Shown here: positions 12,567 to 24,270 of the stretch, one piece after another | Numbering within the stretch: position 1 is the stretch's first letter | How the letters are laid out: the number at the start of each line of letters is the position of its first letter | Assembly: GCF_004010195.1 (NCBI RefSeq) | Contig: NC_057752.1 | Coordinates: 13,408,272 to 13,459,281, forward strand | Length of the DNA stretch: 51,010 bases | Source: Chiloscyllium plagiosum | Lineage: Eukaryota | Direction of reading: 5' to 3' | Program-made: the position numbers and the translations under genes | The notes under the pieces: model-generated | What the model was told of the DNA's origin: nothing | Database searches by the model: none | Seen by the model: the letters and a program-made list of their open reading frames with translations, nothing else

Positions 12567-13459
12567 GGGGGTGATTTAAAGCCCATCCAGTTCATTTTAA
12601 GGAAGCAAATCTGCCATCCTTACTTGGTCTGGGCCTGTATGTGTCTCCAGACCCACAGCCAATTTGGTTGACTCTTAACTGCCCCCTGGATGGACAATAA
12701 ATGCTGGCCTGACAGCGACACCCACATCTTGGGAATGAAGGAAAGGAAAAAGAATGCTGAAAATTCCAGTTTGTCATTCAGCCCCATCCCCTCAACCCCA
12801 GCTCTGGGAAGTCTTGGGGGGGACTGATAGATTTGTTATGTATGACAAGCAACCTTGTCCAATGCTCCCCTGCCTCATTGAATTCAGCTTATTCAGAATG
12901 CCTCACTACTCTGTGGGCTTTCATTGGCATAGATTGCGCCAGGCTTGTGGTCATTGTACCCACCACACCTGTGGCTCTCTCCCCCCAATACAGACACACC
13001 CCAACTCTCACCAAAAATGCTCGAGTCTCCATTTTATGGGCATTTCCTGGGCCATTTACAAGGGCCAACTCAAGACTGCCTTTGGCCCTTGATGTTCAAG
13101 CAACTGTCATACATACCAGTTATCATTTAAGATTTTATCCGAAGCTAAAAGTGTGCAGTACTTCCTCAGTGCTGAGCTGAACGTCAGCCAAGATGTTTTC
13201 TCCTCTTGTCATGGGGTGAATTCATGCGCTTCTGTCTCAGGCAAAAAATAGTGTTACCCACAGAGTCACAGTTGACACCAATTCCCACCTTAAGCCAGCT
13301 TAGCTAGTGCCCAGAACTGCCCCTTTAAGTCTGCTTGCCAATTTTCCAACTGTTTGTTAATCATTTGCCAAAACTTTCCCACTACGCAATGGAGATCCCG
13401 AGTTTATTTTCACAGCTCAGCAACGGTTGCCAATATAAATGTTGCTCTTTCTCTGACAG

Positions 13460-13548
13460 ATAAGCAAGATAAAAGGATTCAGTCTGTTGTGATCGACTGC
13501 AGTAGCATCATCTTCATTGACACAGCTGGAGCAAGATTATTTGTCCAG
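13460..13548 (+). CDS. slc26a10: SLC26A10-like exon (DKQDKRIQSVVIDCSSIIFIDTAGARLFVQ)
   Basis: ctctttctctgacag acceptor and CAG|gtaact donor, phase 1 to 0. STAS signature xIDCSxxxFIDxxG. Confidence 0.92.
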
Positions 13549-13844
13549 GTAACTAACTACAACCCATTTGGAAAAGATAAAGTTCACAATGTCAGTTTCA
13601 TTACAACAGTTCCTTGTGCAAAGACCAAGGAGCACCTTTTCCCACAGAAAGGTAGCCTCTCGTTCAACAAATGTGCCCTAATGGCATGAATTCCTTTACT
13701 CCAGCAAAAGAAAGAAAGATTTGCATTTATATAAGTGCTTTTTCACAACGTCCAGCTTTTCTGGAGAGTTCCGATGCAGCGAACATAACAGCCAATGACA
13801 CAAACAGCAATGTGGTAATGATAGGATGCTGATTGAGTGATAAA

Positions 13845-15125
13845 TCCTCCCACTTTCTCCAAACAAAAGGAGTAGCCATGGGCACCCGCATGGGCCCCAG
13901 CTATGCCTGCCTCTTCGTAGGGTATGTAGAACAATCCATCTTCCACAACTACACTGGCCCCACCCCCCATCTTTTCCTTCGCTACATAGATGACTCAGGA
14001 ATGAGCAGAGAGTGTTCAGCAGGAGAAGATAAAAGGTAGGGAGGAGGGACTTGGAGGAGGGGCGTTGGAAATGTGATAGGTGGAAAGAGGTCAAGGTGAG
14101 GGTGATAGGTCGGAGTAGGATGGAGGCGGAGAGGTCAAGAAGAAGACTGCAGGTCAGGAAGGTGGTGCCGGGCTGGAGGGATTCGGCTGAGACAAGTTGG
14201 GGGGAGGGGGGATGAAGAAACTGGTGAAGTCCAAGTTCATCCCCTGTGGTTGGAGGGTTCCCAGTCGGAAGATAAGATGCTCCTCCTCCGACCGTCGGGT
14301 TGTTGTGGTTTGGCGGTGGATGAGTCCAATGACCTGCATATCCTCGGTGTAGTGGGAGGGGGAGTTGAAATGCTGTGCTACAGGGTGATTGGGTTGGTTC
14401 CAACCTCCACTCCCGGCACCTTCCCTTGCAACCGCCGGAGGTGCAACACTTGCGCCCACACCTCCCCCTCACTTCTCTCCAAGGCCCCAAAGGAAACTTC
14501 CATATCCGCCACAGATTCACCTGCACCTCCACCCACATCATCTACTGCATCCGCTGCAGCCGGTGTGGCCTCCTCTATATTGGGGAGACAGGCCGCCTAC
14601 TTGCGGAGCGATTCAGAGAGCACCTCTGGGCCACCCGGACGAACCAACCCCACCAACCTGTGGCACAGCATTTCAACTCCCCCTCCCACTCCACCGAGGA
14701 TATGCAGGTCATTGGACTCATCCACCGCCAAACCACAACAACGCGACGGTCGGAGGAGGAGCGTCTTATCTTCCGACTGGGAGCCCTCCAACCACAGGGG
14801 ATGAACTTGGACTTCACCAGTTTCTTCATTCCCCCCTCCCCCCACCTTGTCTCCGCCGGGTCCCTCCCGCCCGGCACCGCCTTCCTGTCCTGCAGTCTTC
14901 TTCTTGTCCTCTCCGCCTCCATCCTACTCCGACCTATCACCCTCACCTTGACCTCTTTCCACCTATCACATTTCCAACTCCCCTCCTCCAAGTCCCTCCT
15001 CCCTACCTTTTATCTTCTCCTGCTGAACACTCTCTGCTCATTCCTGAAGAAGGGCCTGTGCCCGAAACGTCGAATCTCCTGTTCCCTGGATGCTGCCTGA
15101 CCTGCTGTGCTGTTCCAGCAATAAA
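13845..15125 (+). mobile_element. Penelope-like element (Neptune-like): RT fragment, inverted 3' segment, GIY-YIG endonuclease and pLTR
   Basis: RT QTKGVAMGTRMGPSYACLF...RYIDD (13845-13994). Cys linker CNRRRCNTC and IIYCIRCSRCGLLYIGETGR (14401-14820). 13995-14400 is the reverse complement of 14641-15047. Confidence 0.92.
15040..15075 (+). ncRNA. Minimal hammerhead ribozyme motif, intact core
   Basis: attc CTGAAGA a gggc ctgt gccc GAAA CGTC|gaat. Stem I attc/gaat, stem II gggc/gccc, ACGU palindrome in place of stem III. Confidence 0.75.
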
Positions 15126-15181
15126 GTTTCAACTTTGATAAATACTGTCCATGACATTGGCCAAGGTCAACTCTACTGCAC

Positions 15182-15665
15182 TTAGAGTCATAGAGATGTA
15201 CAGCACAGAAACAGACCCATTGGTCTGACTTGTCCATGCTGACCAGATATCCTACATTAATCTTGCTCCATTTGCAAGAATTTGGCCCTTATCCCTCTAA
15301 CCCCTTCCTATTCACATACCCATCCAGATGCTTTTTAAATGTTGTAATTGTACCAGCCTCCACCACTTCCTCTGGCAGCTCTTCTATACATGCACCACGG
15401 TCTGCGTGAAAAAGTTGCATCTTAGTTCCTTTTTAAATCTTTCCCCTCTCACCTTAAACCTGTGCCTCTAGTTGATGGGAAAAACACATTGACTATTTAC
15501 CCTACACATGCCCCTCGTAATGTTGTAAACCTCTGTAAGGTCACCCCTCAGCATCCGATGTTCCAGGGTGAAAAAGCTCCAGCCTATTCAGCTCAGACCC
15601 TCCAACATCCTTTTAAATCTTTCCTGCACCCTTTCATGCTTAACAACATCTTTCCTGTAGCAGGA
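15182..15665 (-). mobile_element. CR1/HER1 LINE 3' fragment
   Basis: Reverse complement of the 11791-12385 type. Confidence 0.85.
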
Positions 15666-16379
15666 AATCTTTAACACTCACCTAAGACATTGGTTTAACA
15701 CCTCATCCCAAAGATGGCCCTTCTGACAGTTCAGAACACCTTCAGTACTGCACTGGAAGTGTCAGCCTCGCTAATTATACTCAATCCTGGAGTAGGACTT
15801 GAACTCAGAGCCTCGTGAATAGAGGCTAGCGCTGCAATCTGAAGCACAACAACAGCAGCGACACTGAATGTAGAACATTACAGTGCAGTACAGGCCCTTC
15901 GGCCCCCAATATGGCGCCGATACTGAAAGGGATGTTTCTCGGCATCTTTTCACACTTGGAGATATCCGAACCTCAGTGCAGGCAGGGCCAGGCCTAGTTG
16001 CCATGGTGATGGTGGATCCTCTGCTGCAATTCTTGAGGCCAACGTCCTGAGATTACTTCAGAAATCATAAAAGTATTATGGTGGCCTGGAGTCACACAAA
16101 ATACATTAATGAATCAGCTCCCTTTTTAGAAACAATCTTTTGGGTATAGCTTTTTCATAAGATCGATTAAACGCAATTATAGGAGTGGGATGTAAACTCA
16201 TGCGCTGGGTTTGTTAGACTGCTTTACGGCCAGGCCCCAGGGCACAAGAAAAGGTAGAGAGAGAGGAACACGATCGAAGGATCTAAAGTGTCAAAAAGAA
16301 GCTGTTCGTGTGAAAACAAGCAGGTCATTGAATCTCCATTCTGAGTGTGGACTTAAAGGACACAAATACAACCTTTCTG

Positions 16380-17140
16380 GAGACTGGACAAATTGCCCAG
16401 CTGCCTACCCCTGCCAGAGAAGTGGATTAAACCATAGACTGCAAGCAAATGATGTGGATGTTAACTCATTGTGCCCCAAGCCACGGTATTCCTGTTTTTT
16501 CCAACCCGGCCAATTACCGCCCCATCAGTCTCCTCTCGATCATCAGGAAAGTGATGGAAGGTGTCACCAATAGTGCTATCAAGCAGCACCTGCTCAGCAA
16601 TACCCTGCTCAGTGACACCCAGTTTGGGTTCCACCAGGGTCACTCAGCTCCTGACCTCATTACAGCCTTGGCTCAAACATGGACAAAAGAGCTGAACTCC
16701 AGAGGGGAGGGAAGAGTGACAGCCCTTGGCATTGAGGTACCATTTGCCTGAAGGCAGCATTAAAGATCCCTGCAGAACTGGTTGCAGTCAGACCTAGAAT
16801 AAAGGTTGTGGTTGTTGGAGGTCATTCATCTCAGCTCCAGTAGGTCTCTGCAAGAATTCCTCAGGGTCCCATCTTCAGCTGTGTCACCTGCTCTCCACCA
16901 TGGCGATGGTCACTGATGATCGCACAGTGTTCAGTGTCATTTACAACTCCTCGGGCAGATACTGAAGCTGTCCGTGTCTGTATTGCAGCAAAGTCTGGAC
17001 AACATTCAGGTTCGGCTAATAAGTGGCAAGTGACATTTTCCGTGCACAAGTGCCAGGCAATGACACCACCCCTTGAGATTCAATGGCCTTCCCATCATTG
17101 AATCCCCCCCCACGACTGTCAACACCCTGATGGTTACCAT
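16380..17140 (+). mobile_element. CR1-group LINE RT fragment
   Basis: ANYRPISLLSIIRKVME...LLSDTQFGF. Confidence 0.85.
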
Positions 17141-17759
17141 GGAGACTGAAACATAAAGCTCCAAGGTCTAGCAGGCATGGAGTCTCAGGTGCACGGAGGG
17201 TAGCCGCAGAGGACGAAATGTCAGTGAAACACTGTATGTATTGTATCAGAGTACCTCAGTGTTGAGCAGAAATGCACATGTTCACTTCGAGAGGTCATTT
17301 TAGTATTTCTGAACATAGACAGGAGAGAATTGCAGCAAGAATTTCCAAAGCTAATCAAATTGAAGCAAAAGTATCAAAATTATTTTGTGTTCATTCATGG
17401 GACAAGGCTATCGTTGGCTGGGCCCAGCATTTACTGCTCGTCCCTAGTTGCCCCCTTGAGAAGGTGGGGGTGAGCTGCCATCTTGAACCGCTACAGTCCA
17501 CGAGCTGTGGGTTGACCCACAATGTCCTGAGGGAGGGAATTGCAGGATTTTGACCCAGCAACACTGAAGGAACGGTGATATATTTCCATGTCAGGATGGT
17601 GAGGGGTTCGGAGGGGAACCCCATCAGCGAACATCCTCACTTTTGACCTTATGATGGAGAGAAGATTATTCGTTCACAGGAAACTTCCCCATCCTTTAAT
17701 AGGAACTGTAAAGTCTCAATGAGACAATGCAATTGAAATTGGAGTTGTATTTTCAGTCG

Positions 17760-18830
17760 CAGAACTGACAAAATGATCAGAATGGAACTCAGGGCTAATA
17801 ATTATTCCCATGAGGAACTGAGGGTGAAGATTATGTGTGAATCTCATTCAGTTAAAGCAAAGGAGTTACGGGGGAAATCCACCTATTTTATCTATTGACG
17901 ATAGCTTGGCAAATTAGCAACAAACAGAATTTTCCCAGAACTCAATAGTGGGTTTTTTAGATTAGATTCTCAATAATGTGGAAACAGGCCCTTCGGCCCA
18001 AACCGACCCTCTGAAGAGTAACCCACCCAGACCCATTTCCCTCTAACTAATGCATATAACACTATGGGCAATTTAGCATGGCCAATTCACCGGGCCTGCA
18101 CATCTTTGGACTGTGGGAGGAAACCGGAGCACCCGGAGGAAACCCACACAGACACGGGGAGAATGTGCAAACTCCACACAGTCAGTCGCCTGAGTCAGGA
18201 ATAGAACCCGGGACCCTGGAGCTGTGAGGCAGCAGTGCTAACCATTGAGCCACTGTGTCACCCCATAGATGCCCTTAGAACTGGAGTCAGGACTGCTGAT
18301 TACAATTATTGCACCATTTAGACAGCACTGCATTAACCATCCACCATGAGGGTTCTGCTTTGAGATTTTCCAAAGGCCACAATCTAGAATCTTGGAAGAG
18401 AATCAGGAACCATTTGGCCATATGAGGAGGATCCTAGTTTATGGTCAAATGAAGAAGGAACAAGACCAGAGAGTCAGGGAAGTGCTAAAGGCACTACAGA
18501 AGACAGGCCCAACAGCAAATGAAAAGTGGTCTCTATTCTGTAGAATGGCCATTACATGTCCAGGAACGCATTATTCACAAGGTAGCTGAGAGCTCCACAG
18601 AAGTCAGGAGCCCTCAGTGAAGTTCGAGTACCAATGTGGATACAACCGTGATATAGTCTATGTTCCAGGCAAGGGGCTAGTGATTGCTTGAGGGCAGAAG
18701 TAAAGGCTGTGAATCCACAGATGCATAAGAATCCAGACTGGGAATTAGTTCGATTCAGTTACAGAGCAACACCATTGAATAATTGGTACTCACAAATGGA
18801 AATGTTAATGGGGAGTAAAATAACTCCACG
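17760..18830 (+). mobile_element. Decayed Gypsy LTR-retrotransposon pol (RT and integrase remnants), split by an HE1 SINE
   Basis: SIDDSLAKLA..NSGF / ILVYG..EQDQRVREVL..NEK (RT) and SYRATPLN..SxxEMLMG (integrase). Confidence 0.7.
17957..18263 (-). mobile_element. HE1-type V-SINE
   Basis: Head, core and tail recognisable. Confidence 0.9.
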
Positions 18831-19104
18831 GACTGATAACTTTGTACCACACAGAGGGTGTTTGAAACAAACAGTAGATACATTTAAAGGGAAGCTAAAC
18901 AAGCAGCTGAGGGAGAAGGGGCTAGAAGCTTCCAACAATAGATTTAGATGAGGAAACATGGACACCAGAATGGCTGGTTGGGCTGAATGGTCTGTTTCGG
19001 TGCAATATATCCCATGCAATCTAATCTAAATCCCACAAATTTCAACACTTGCCTCACATATCAGATTGTTAAATCCTTATTTATAACTGTCATTATTTAA
19101 CTGA

Positions 19105-19425
19105 ATGGATGGCATGAATAGGGTAGATAGACAAAGCCTTGTCCCTGGGGTGGGGGAGTCCAGAACTAGAGGGCATAGGTTTAGAGTGAGAGGGGAAAGA
19201 TATAAAAGGGACACAAGGGGCAACTTTGAGCTGCCAGAGGAAGTGGTGGAGGCTGGTACAATTACAGCATTTAAAGGCATCTGGATGGGTATATGAATAG
19301 GAAGGGTTTAGACAGGTATGGTCCAAGTACTGGCAAATGGGACTAGATTAGGTTAGGATATCTGGTTGGCATGGACAAGTTGGACTATAGGGTCTGTTTT
19401 CATGCTGTACATCTCTATGACTCTG
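19105..19425 (+). mobile_element. CR1/HER1 LINE 3' fragment
   Basis: GESRTRGHRFRVRG and the 3' tail. Confidence 0.85.
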
Positions 19426-19910
19426 ATCAAATTCCATCAATGATAGTTCACTCGTCTTCAGTGCATTTGAATAAGCGATTGGAAAGGCAGTGATAATGTT
19501 GGTTTCTGCGTGGACATGGAAGACAACACTGGACATGATGGTCAGTGGAATGATTGTGATTGATGGACCCAATTGCCTTTTCTCATTCCATACTCTCTCT
19601 CATATTGTACCAATGGGCTTGTGCAGAACCTCTGAGCGGCTTAAAGGAACATTAGCTCCAACCTCAAGCCCCTCGAGTCCTTCCTTGAAACACATGAAAT
19701 ATTTATGACCCATGTCGATGTTTATGCTTCCAAGGGACCCTCCCTCCACCCTACACTACCTCACCCCCATTGCTCCATTCTTTTATTCCTTTCTCACTCG
19801 TCTGTTCATCTCACTTCCCCTCCAGATGCCCACACAGGTCTTGATAATGGACCCGACACCACAACGTAAAGAGTTATAGTCTTATTCACTCCAATGGTTT
19901 TATCTTTCAG

Positions 19911-19965
19911 ATGTGTGCAGAGTGTCAGAAAGCCGACATGTGGGTCTACCTAGCAGAATGCAACA
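19911..19965 (+). CDS. slc26a10: SLC26A10-like exon (MCAECQKADMWVYLAECN)
   Basis: tatctttcag acceptor and A|gtaagt donor. 55 nt, phase 0 to 1, matching the conserved 55-nt SLC26 STAS exon (VYLAxCN). Confidence 0.9.
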
Positions 19966-20629
19966 GTAAGTGTTACAGTAATCTTCATATCATTTGCTCA
20001 CCCTTTTGGTGACATTTGCACTCTGGTTTGGAATCCTGGGATAGCATGTTATGGCATTCCATTGACGTGACAAGTCCAATGCAGTGTCATTAAGCACTTG
20101 GAAGGGGTTTCTCCCACTGATGCCTTGGCAAGGGTCCCATGACATCTTCACTATATTGTGGAATTTCAATGCCCTCCTCTGAGGCCAGTTTGGTAGGTGG
20201 AGGGGGTGCCACTGCCCTCCTGCCTCTTTCTCAATTAGGATCGGAGTGGGAAAGTTGGTGTATGGTAGTTAATGTCCAGTTGGCCCACCTTCCACCTGTG
20301 GTAATCTCCCAGTGGCATATGGGGAACTTGAAAAGCAAGCCCTGTGGTAGCATTTCCCCAGATGACCACTTCTGGCACCTTATGCCATTGTGTGGTACTG
20401 GGTAAAGGGCTGTTTGAGGTGGTTCACTCTCACAAACCCTTCTTTGCCTTTGCTTTGTGTTGGGCCTATCTAGTGCTTAGGTGTAGAGGGTACACCATTA
20501 CAGAGTATCTCCAGAAGAGGCTGTTCTTAGATAACAAGTTTATTGGAATGAGGACAAATACATTTGATCAGGCAGAATTCCTGGGACCTAAGGGAGCTGG
20601 TACAGATCCATCATATACAAGTGCTGAGT

Positions 20630-20835
20630 GGATGATCCATCTCGGCCTCCTCCAGCGGTCCTTAGCATCACAGATACCAATCTTCAGCCAATTTGATTCA
20701 CTCCACATGATATCAAGAAACAGTTGGATACTACAACGACCATGGGCCCTGACAACATTCTGGCAATAGTACTGAAGACTTGTGCTTCAGAATGCTCCCC
20801 TAGCCAAGCTGTTCCAGTATATGTTGGTCCAGCCA
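20630..20835 (+). mobile_element. CR1-group LINE ORF2 fragment
   Basis: MGPDNILAIVLKTCA (GPD motif preceding RT). Confidence 0.65.
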
Positions 20836-20882
20836 GCATCCTACAAGTGAATGAAAAATCAATCTGATCCCATCCCATTTGT

Positions 20883-21200
20883 GGGCGGCATGGTGGCACA
20901 GTGGTTAGCACTGCTGTCTCACAGCTCCAGAGACCTGCGTTCAATTCCTGCCTCAGGCGACTGACTGTGTGGAGTTTGCACATTCTCCCCGTGTCAGCGT
21001 GGGTTTCCTCCGGGTGCTCCAGTTTCCTCCCACAGTCCAAAGATGTGCAGGTTAGGTGAATTGGCCATACTAAATTGCCCGTAGTGTTAGGGGAAAGGGT
21101 AAACGTAGGGGAATAGATCTGGGTGGGTTGCTCTTCAGAGGGTCGGTGTGGACTTGTTGGGCCGAAGAGTCTGTTTCCACACTGTAGGTAATCTAATCAA
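20883..21200 (+). mobile_element. HE1-type V-SINE
   Basis: Full-length structure. Confidence 0.9.
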
Positions 21201-21464
21201 CCCAATGGGGGCTGCTGAACAATGCACATCTGCAGGCCTCTGATTGGCAGAGGAGGCAGGACGCCCACTCCACCACAGATTCCTTGATCTCTAGAAAGCC
21301 CCGTCATTAATGTGTCCCTCCTTGCCTGCATTAACATTTTTAAAAACACATTAGTGGGATGTGGGTGTCTACGGCTAGGGTGGCATTTATTGCCCATCAG
21401 GCACTTAAAAATCAACCACAGCTCCATAACTCTGGAGACACGTGTAGGACTGACTGAGTAAATT

Positions 21465-22530
21465 TCCCCTCCCATGTGGTTGAAGATGCCCTCCAACGCA
21501 TCTCATCCACATCCCGCACCTCCATCCTCGAACTCTACCCCTCCAACCGTAACAAGGACAGAACACCCCTGGTGCTCACCTTCCACCCTACCAACCTCCG
21601 CATAAATTGCATCATCCGCCGACATTTCCGCCACCTCCAAACAGACCCCACCACCAGGGATATATTCCCCATCCCACCCCTTTCCTCCTTCCGCAAAGAC
21701 TGTTCCCTCTGCGACTACCTGGTCAAGTCCACGCCCCCCAACAACCCACCCTCCCATCCTGGCACCCTCCCCTGCCACCGCAGGAATTGCAAAACCTGCG
21801 CCCACACCTCCTCCCTCACCTCTATCCTCCTCTATCGCCACTCCTTCACTACCCGACACCTAGAGGAAGAACGCCTGGTCTTCCGCCTCGGAATACTTCA
21901 ACCCTTTGGCATCAATGTGAACTTCACCAGTTTCCTCATTTCCGCTCCTCCCCTTACCCCAGTTCCAATCTTACAGCTCAGTACCGCCCTCATGACCTGT
22001 CAATCTTCCTTCCCACCTATCCGCTCTGCCCTCCTCTCAGACCTAATACTCTTACTCCCACATCCATCCACCTATTGCACTCTCAGCAACCTTACCCACA
22101 CACCATCCCCCTCCCATTTATTTCTCCACCCCCGAGGCTCCCAGCCTCATTCCTGATGAAGGGGAAATGCAGGGTCCTTTCACAGTGACCATCTCCTCAC
22201 ATTGCGATACAATGTTGCAGTCTTTAAAATAAGGAGGGCTTTGGAGTTCAGCAGACACAAAGAAAGTATTGTGTAAGCCTGCAGTTTAAAAGAGCAGTGG
22301 TGGCGGTTTAAAGCTTGTTAATGCCTGAGGTAAAGTATGCTTATATTACACATAGCCTCAAGCAGGCAATCTTACAGAATGTATCTGGGTGGCCATTCTC
22401 GGGGAACCCTGCTTTTTGCCCGAAACGTCGATTTTCCTGCTCCTTGGCTGCTGTCTGACTTGCTATGCTTTTCCAGCACCACTCTAATCTTGACTCTAAT
22501 CTCCAGCATCTGCAGTACCCACTTCTGCCT
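21465..22530 (+). mobile_element. Penelope-like element (RT thumb/linker, internally deleted GIY-YIG, pLTR interrupted by a 245-bp insertion)
   Basis: RTPLVLTFHP...CHRRNCKTC...EEERLVFRLG. The hammerhead is split: CTGATGAAGG at 22153-22162 and GCTTTTTGCCCGAAACGTC from 22411. Confidence 0.88.
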
Positions 22531-23276
22531 GGGTCATGATGTCAGACTTCCTTCAGTGAAGCAAGTAGGTTTTCACAATTGACAGTGGGTTGTTGGGCTA
22601 ATTTCAGGGATTTTCTTTTAAATTTGAATTCAGATTTGGTGGGATTTAAACCCACATCCCCAGAAAGTCTAGACAACTGGCCTATTGACATTACCACTAT
22701 GCCACCAAATCTTTAGTGGGTCTGTAATGAGTAAGAAACAGAATTAACAGTTTGGTTCGATGACCTTTCCTCAGAACTAGTTGAAGTTGGTGATTTGACA
22801 ATTTAAGCAAGCATGGAGGCTATAGCTTCTAAAGATGTGCCCATTGTCCTTCCACTGTAACGAATGTCATTGTTCTCTATGTTTTCTAGAAGATGTTTTG
22901 AAAATATTGACGTGTAGTGGCCTTCTTAACCACCTTCATCCAGAGCAGATCTTTGTAACGATACATGATGCTGTCGTCAATGTGGAGCGAATGAAGGTAA
23001 CAGGCTTTGTAAAGGAGTTTGCATCTTTTTTGTTCCCCGAGAATGGCCACCCAGATACATTCTGTAAGATTGCCTGCTTGAGGCTATGTGTAATATAAGC
23101 ATACTTTACCTCAGGCATTAACAAGCTTTAAACCACCACCACTGCTCTTTTAAACTGCAGGCTTACACAATACTTTCTTTGTGTCTGCTGAACTCCAAAG
23201 CCCTCCTTATTTTAAAGACTGCAACATTGTATCACAATGTGAGGAGATGGTCACTGTGAAAGGACCCTGCATTTCC
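22163..23276. repeat. 245-bp inverted repeat (arms 22163-22407 and 23032-23276) enclosing exon 22890-22996
   Basis: The arms are reverse complements. I find 2 mismatches by eye. Confidence 0.95.
22890..22996 (+). CDS. slc26a10: SLC26A10-like penultimate exon (KDVLKILTCSGLLNHLHPEQIFVTIHDAVVNVERMK)
   Basis: gttttctag acceptor and AAG|gtaaca donor, 107 nt, phase 1 to 0. SLC26 FxTIHDAV motif. Confidence 0.93.
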
Positions 23277-23299
23277 TCAGTCACAGCACAGAAACAGAT

Positions 23300-24270
23300 C
23301 CCTCGTTCTGATCAGACAACACTGACTAGACATCCCAGTCTGATCTTGTCCCATTTAGAGTCATCCAACACAGAAGCAGACCCTTCGGTCCAACTCGTCC
23401 ATGCCGACCAGATACCCTAAGTTAATCTAGTCCCATTTGCCAGCATTTGGCCCATATCCCTCTAAACCCTTCCAATTCATATACCCATCCAGAAGCCTTT
23501 TAAATGCTGTATTTGTACCAGCCTCCACCACTTCCTCTGGCAGCTCATTTCATACATGCATCACACTCTGTGTGAAAAAGTTGCCCCTTAGGTCTCTTTT
23601 GAGTCTTTCCCCTCTCACCTTAAACCCTCTACTTTTGAATTCCCCTACCCTGGAGAAAATACTTTGACTATTCACCCTATCCATGCCCCTTAAGATTTTA
23701 TAAACCTCCATAAGGTCACTCTAAGCCTCTGACATTCCAGGGAAAACAGGCCCAGCCTATTTAGCTCAAACCCTCCAACCCTGGCAACATCCTTGTAAAT
23801 CTCTTCTGAACCCTTTCAAGTATCATAGCATCTTTCCTATAGCAGGGAGACCAGAATGGAATGCAGTATTCCAAAAGTGGACGAACCAAAGTCTTGTACA
23901 GTCTGAACATGACCTCCCAACTCCTATACTCAATGCCAGCATTTGGCCCATATCCCTCTAAGCCCTTCCTATTCATATACCCACGCAGATGCCTTTTAAA
24001 TGCTGTAACTGTACCAGTCTCCACCACTTCCTCTGGCAGCTCATTCCAAACACGTACTACCCTCTGCATGAAAAAAAGTTGCCCCTTCGGTCTCTTTTAG
24101 ATTTTTCCCCACTCACCCTAAACCTATGCCCTCTAGTTCTGGACTCCCCCACCTCAGGGAAAAGACCTTGTCTATTTACCCTGTCCATGCCCCTCATGAT
24201 TTTATAAGCCTCTATAAAGTCACCCCTCAGCCCCAGCCTATTCACCCTCTCCCTATAGCTCAAACCTTTG
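23300..24270 (-). mobile_element. Two adjacent CR1/HER1 LINE 3' fragments
   Basis: LYKTLVRPLLEYC and QRVVRVWNELP, with the 3' segment present twice. Confidence 0.88.

Larger units (their letters stand above)
11345..12745 (+). mobile_element. SacSINE/Deu-like SINE split by nested HE1, CR1 and PLE insertions
   Basis: Head at 11345-11472 (GGCCTAGTG...GGGTTCAAATCC). Body resumes at 12386-12431 and 12582-12745. Compare the uninterrupted copy at 31966-32260. Confidence 0.7.
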
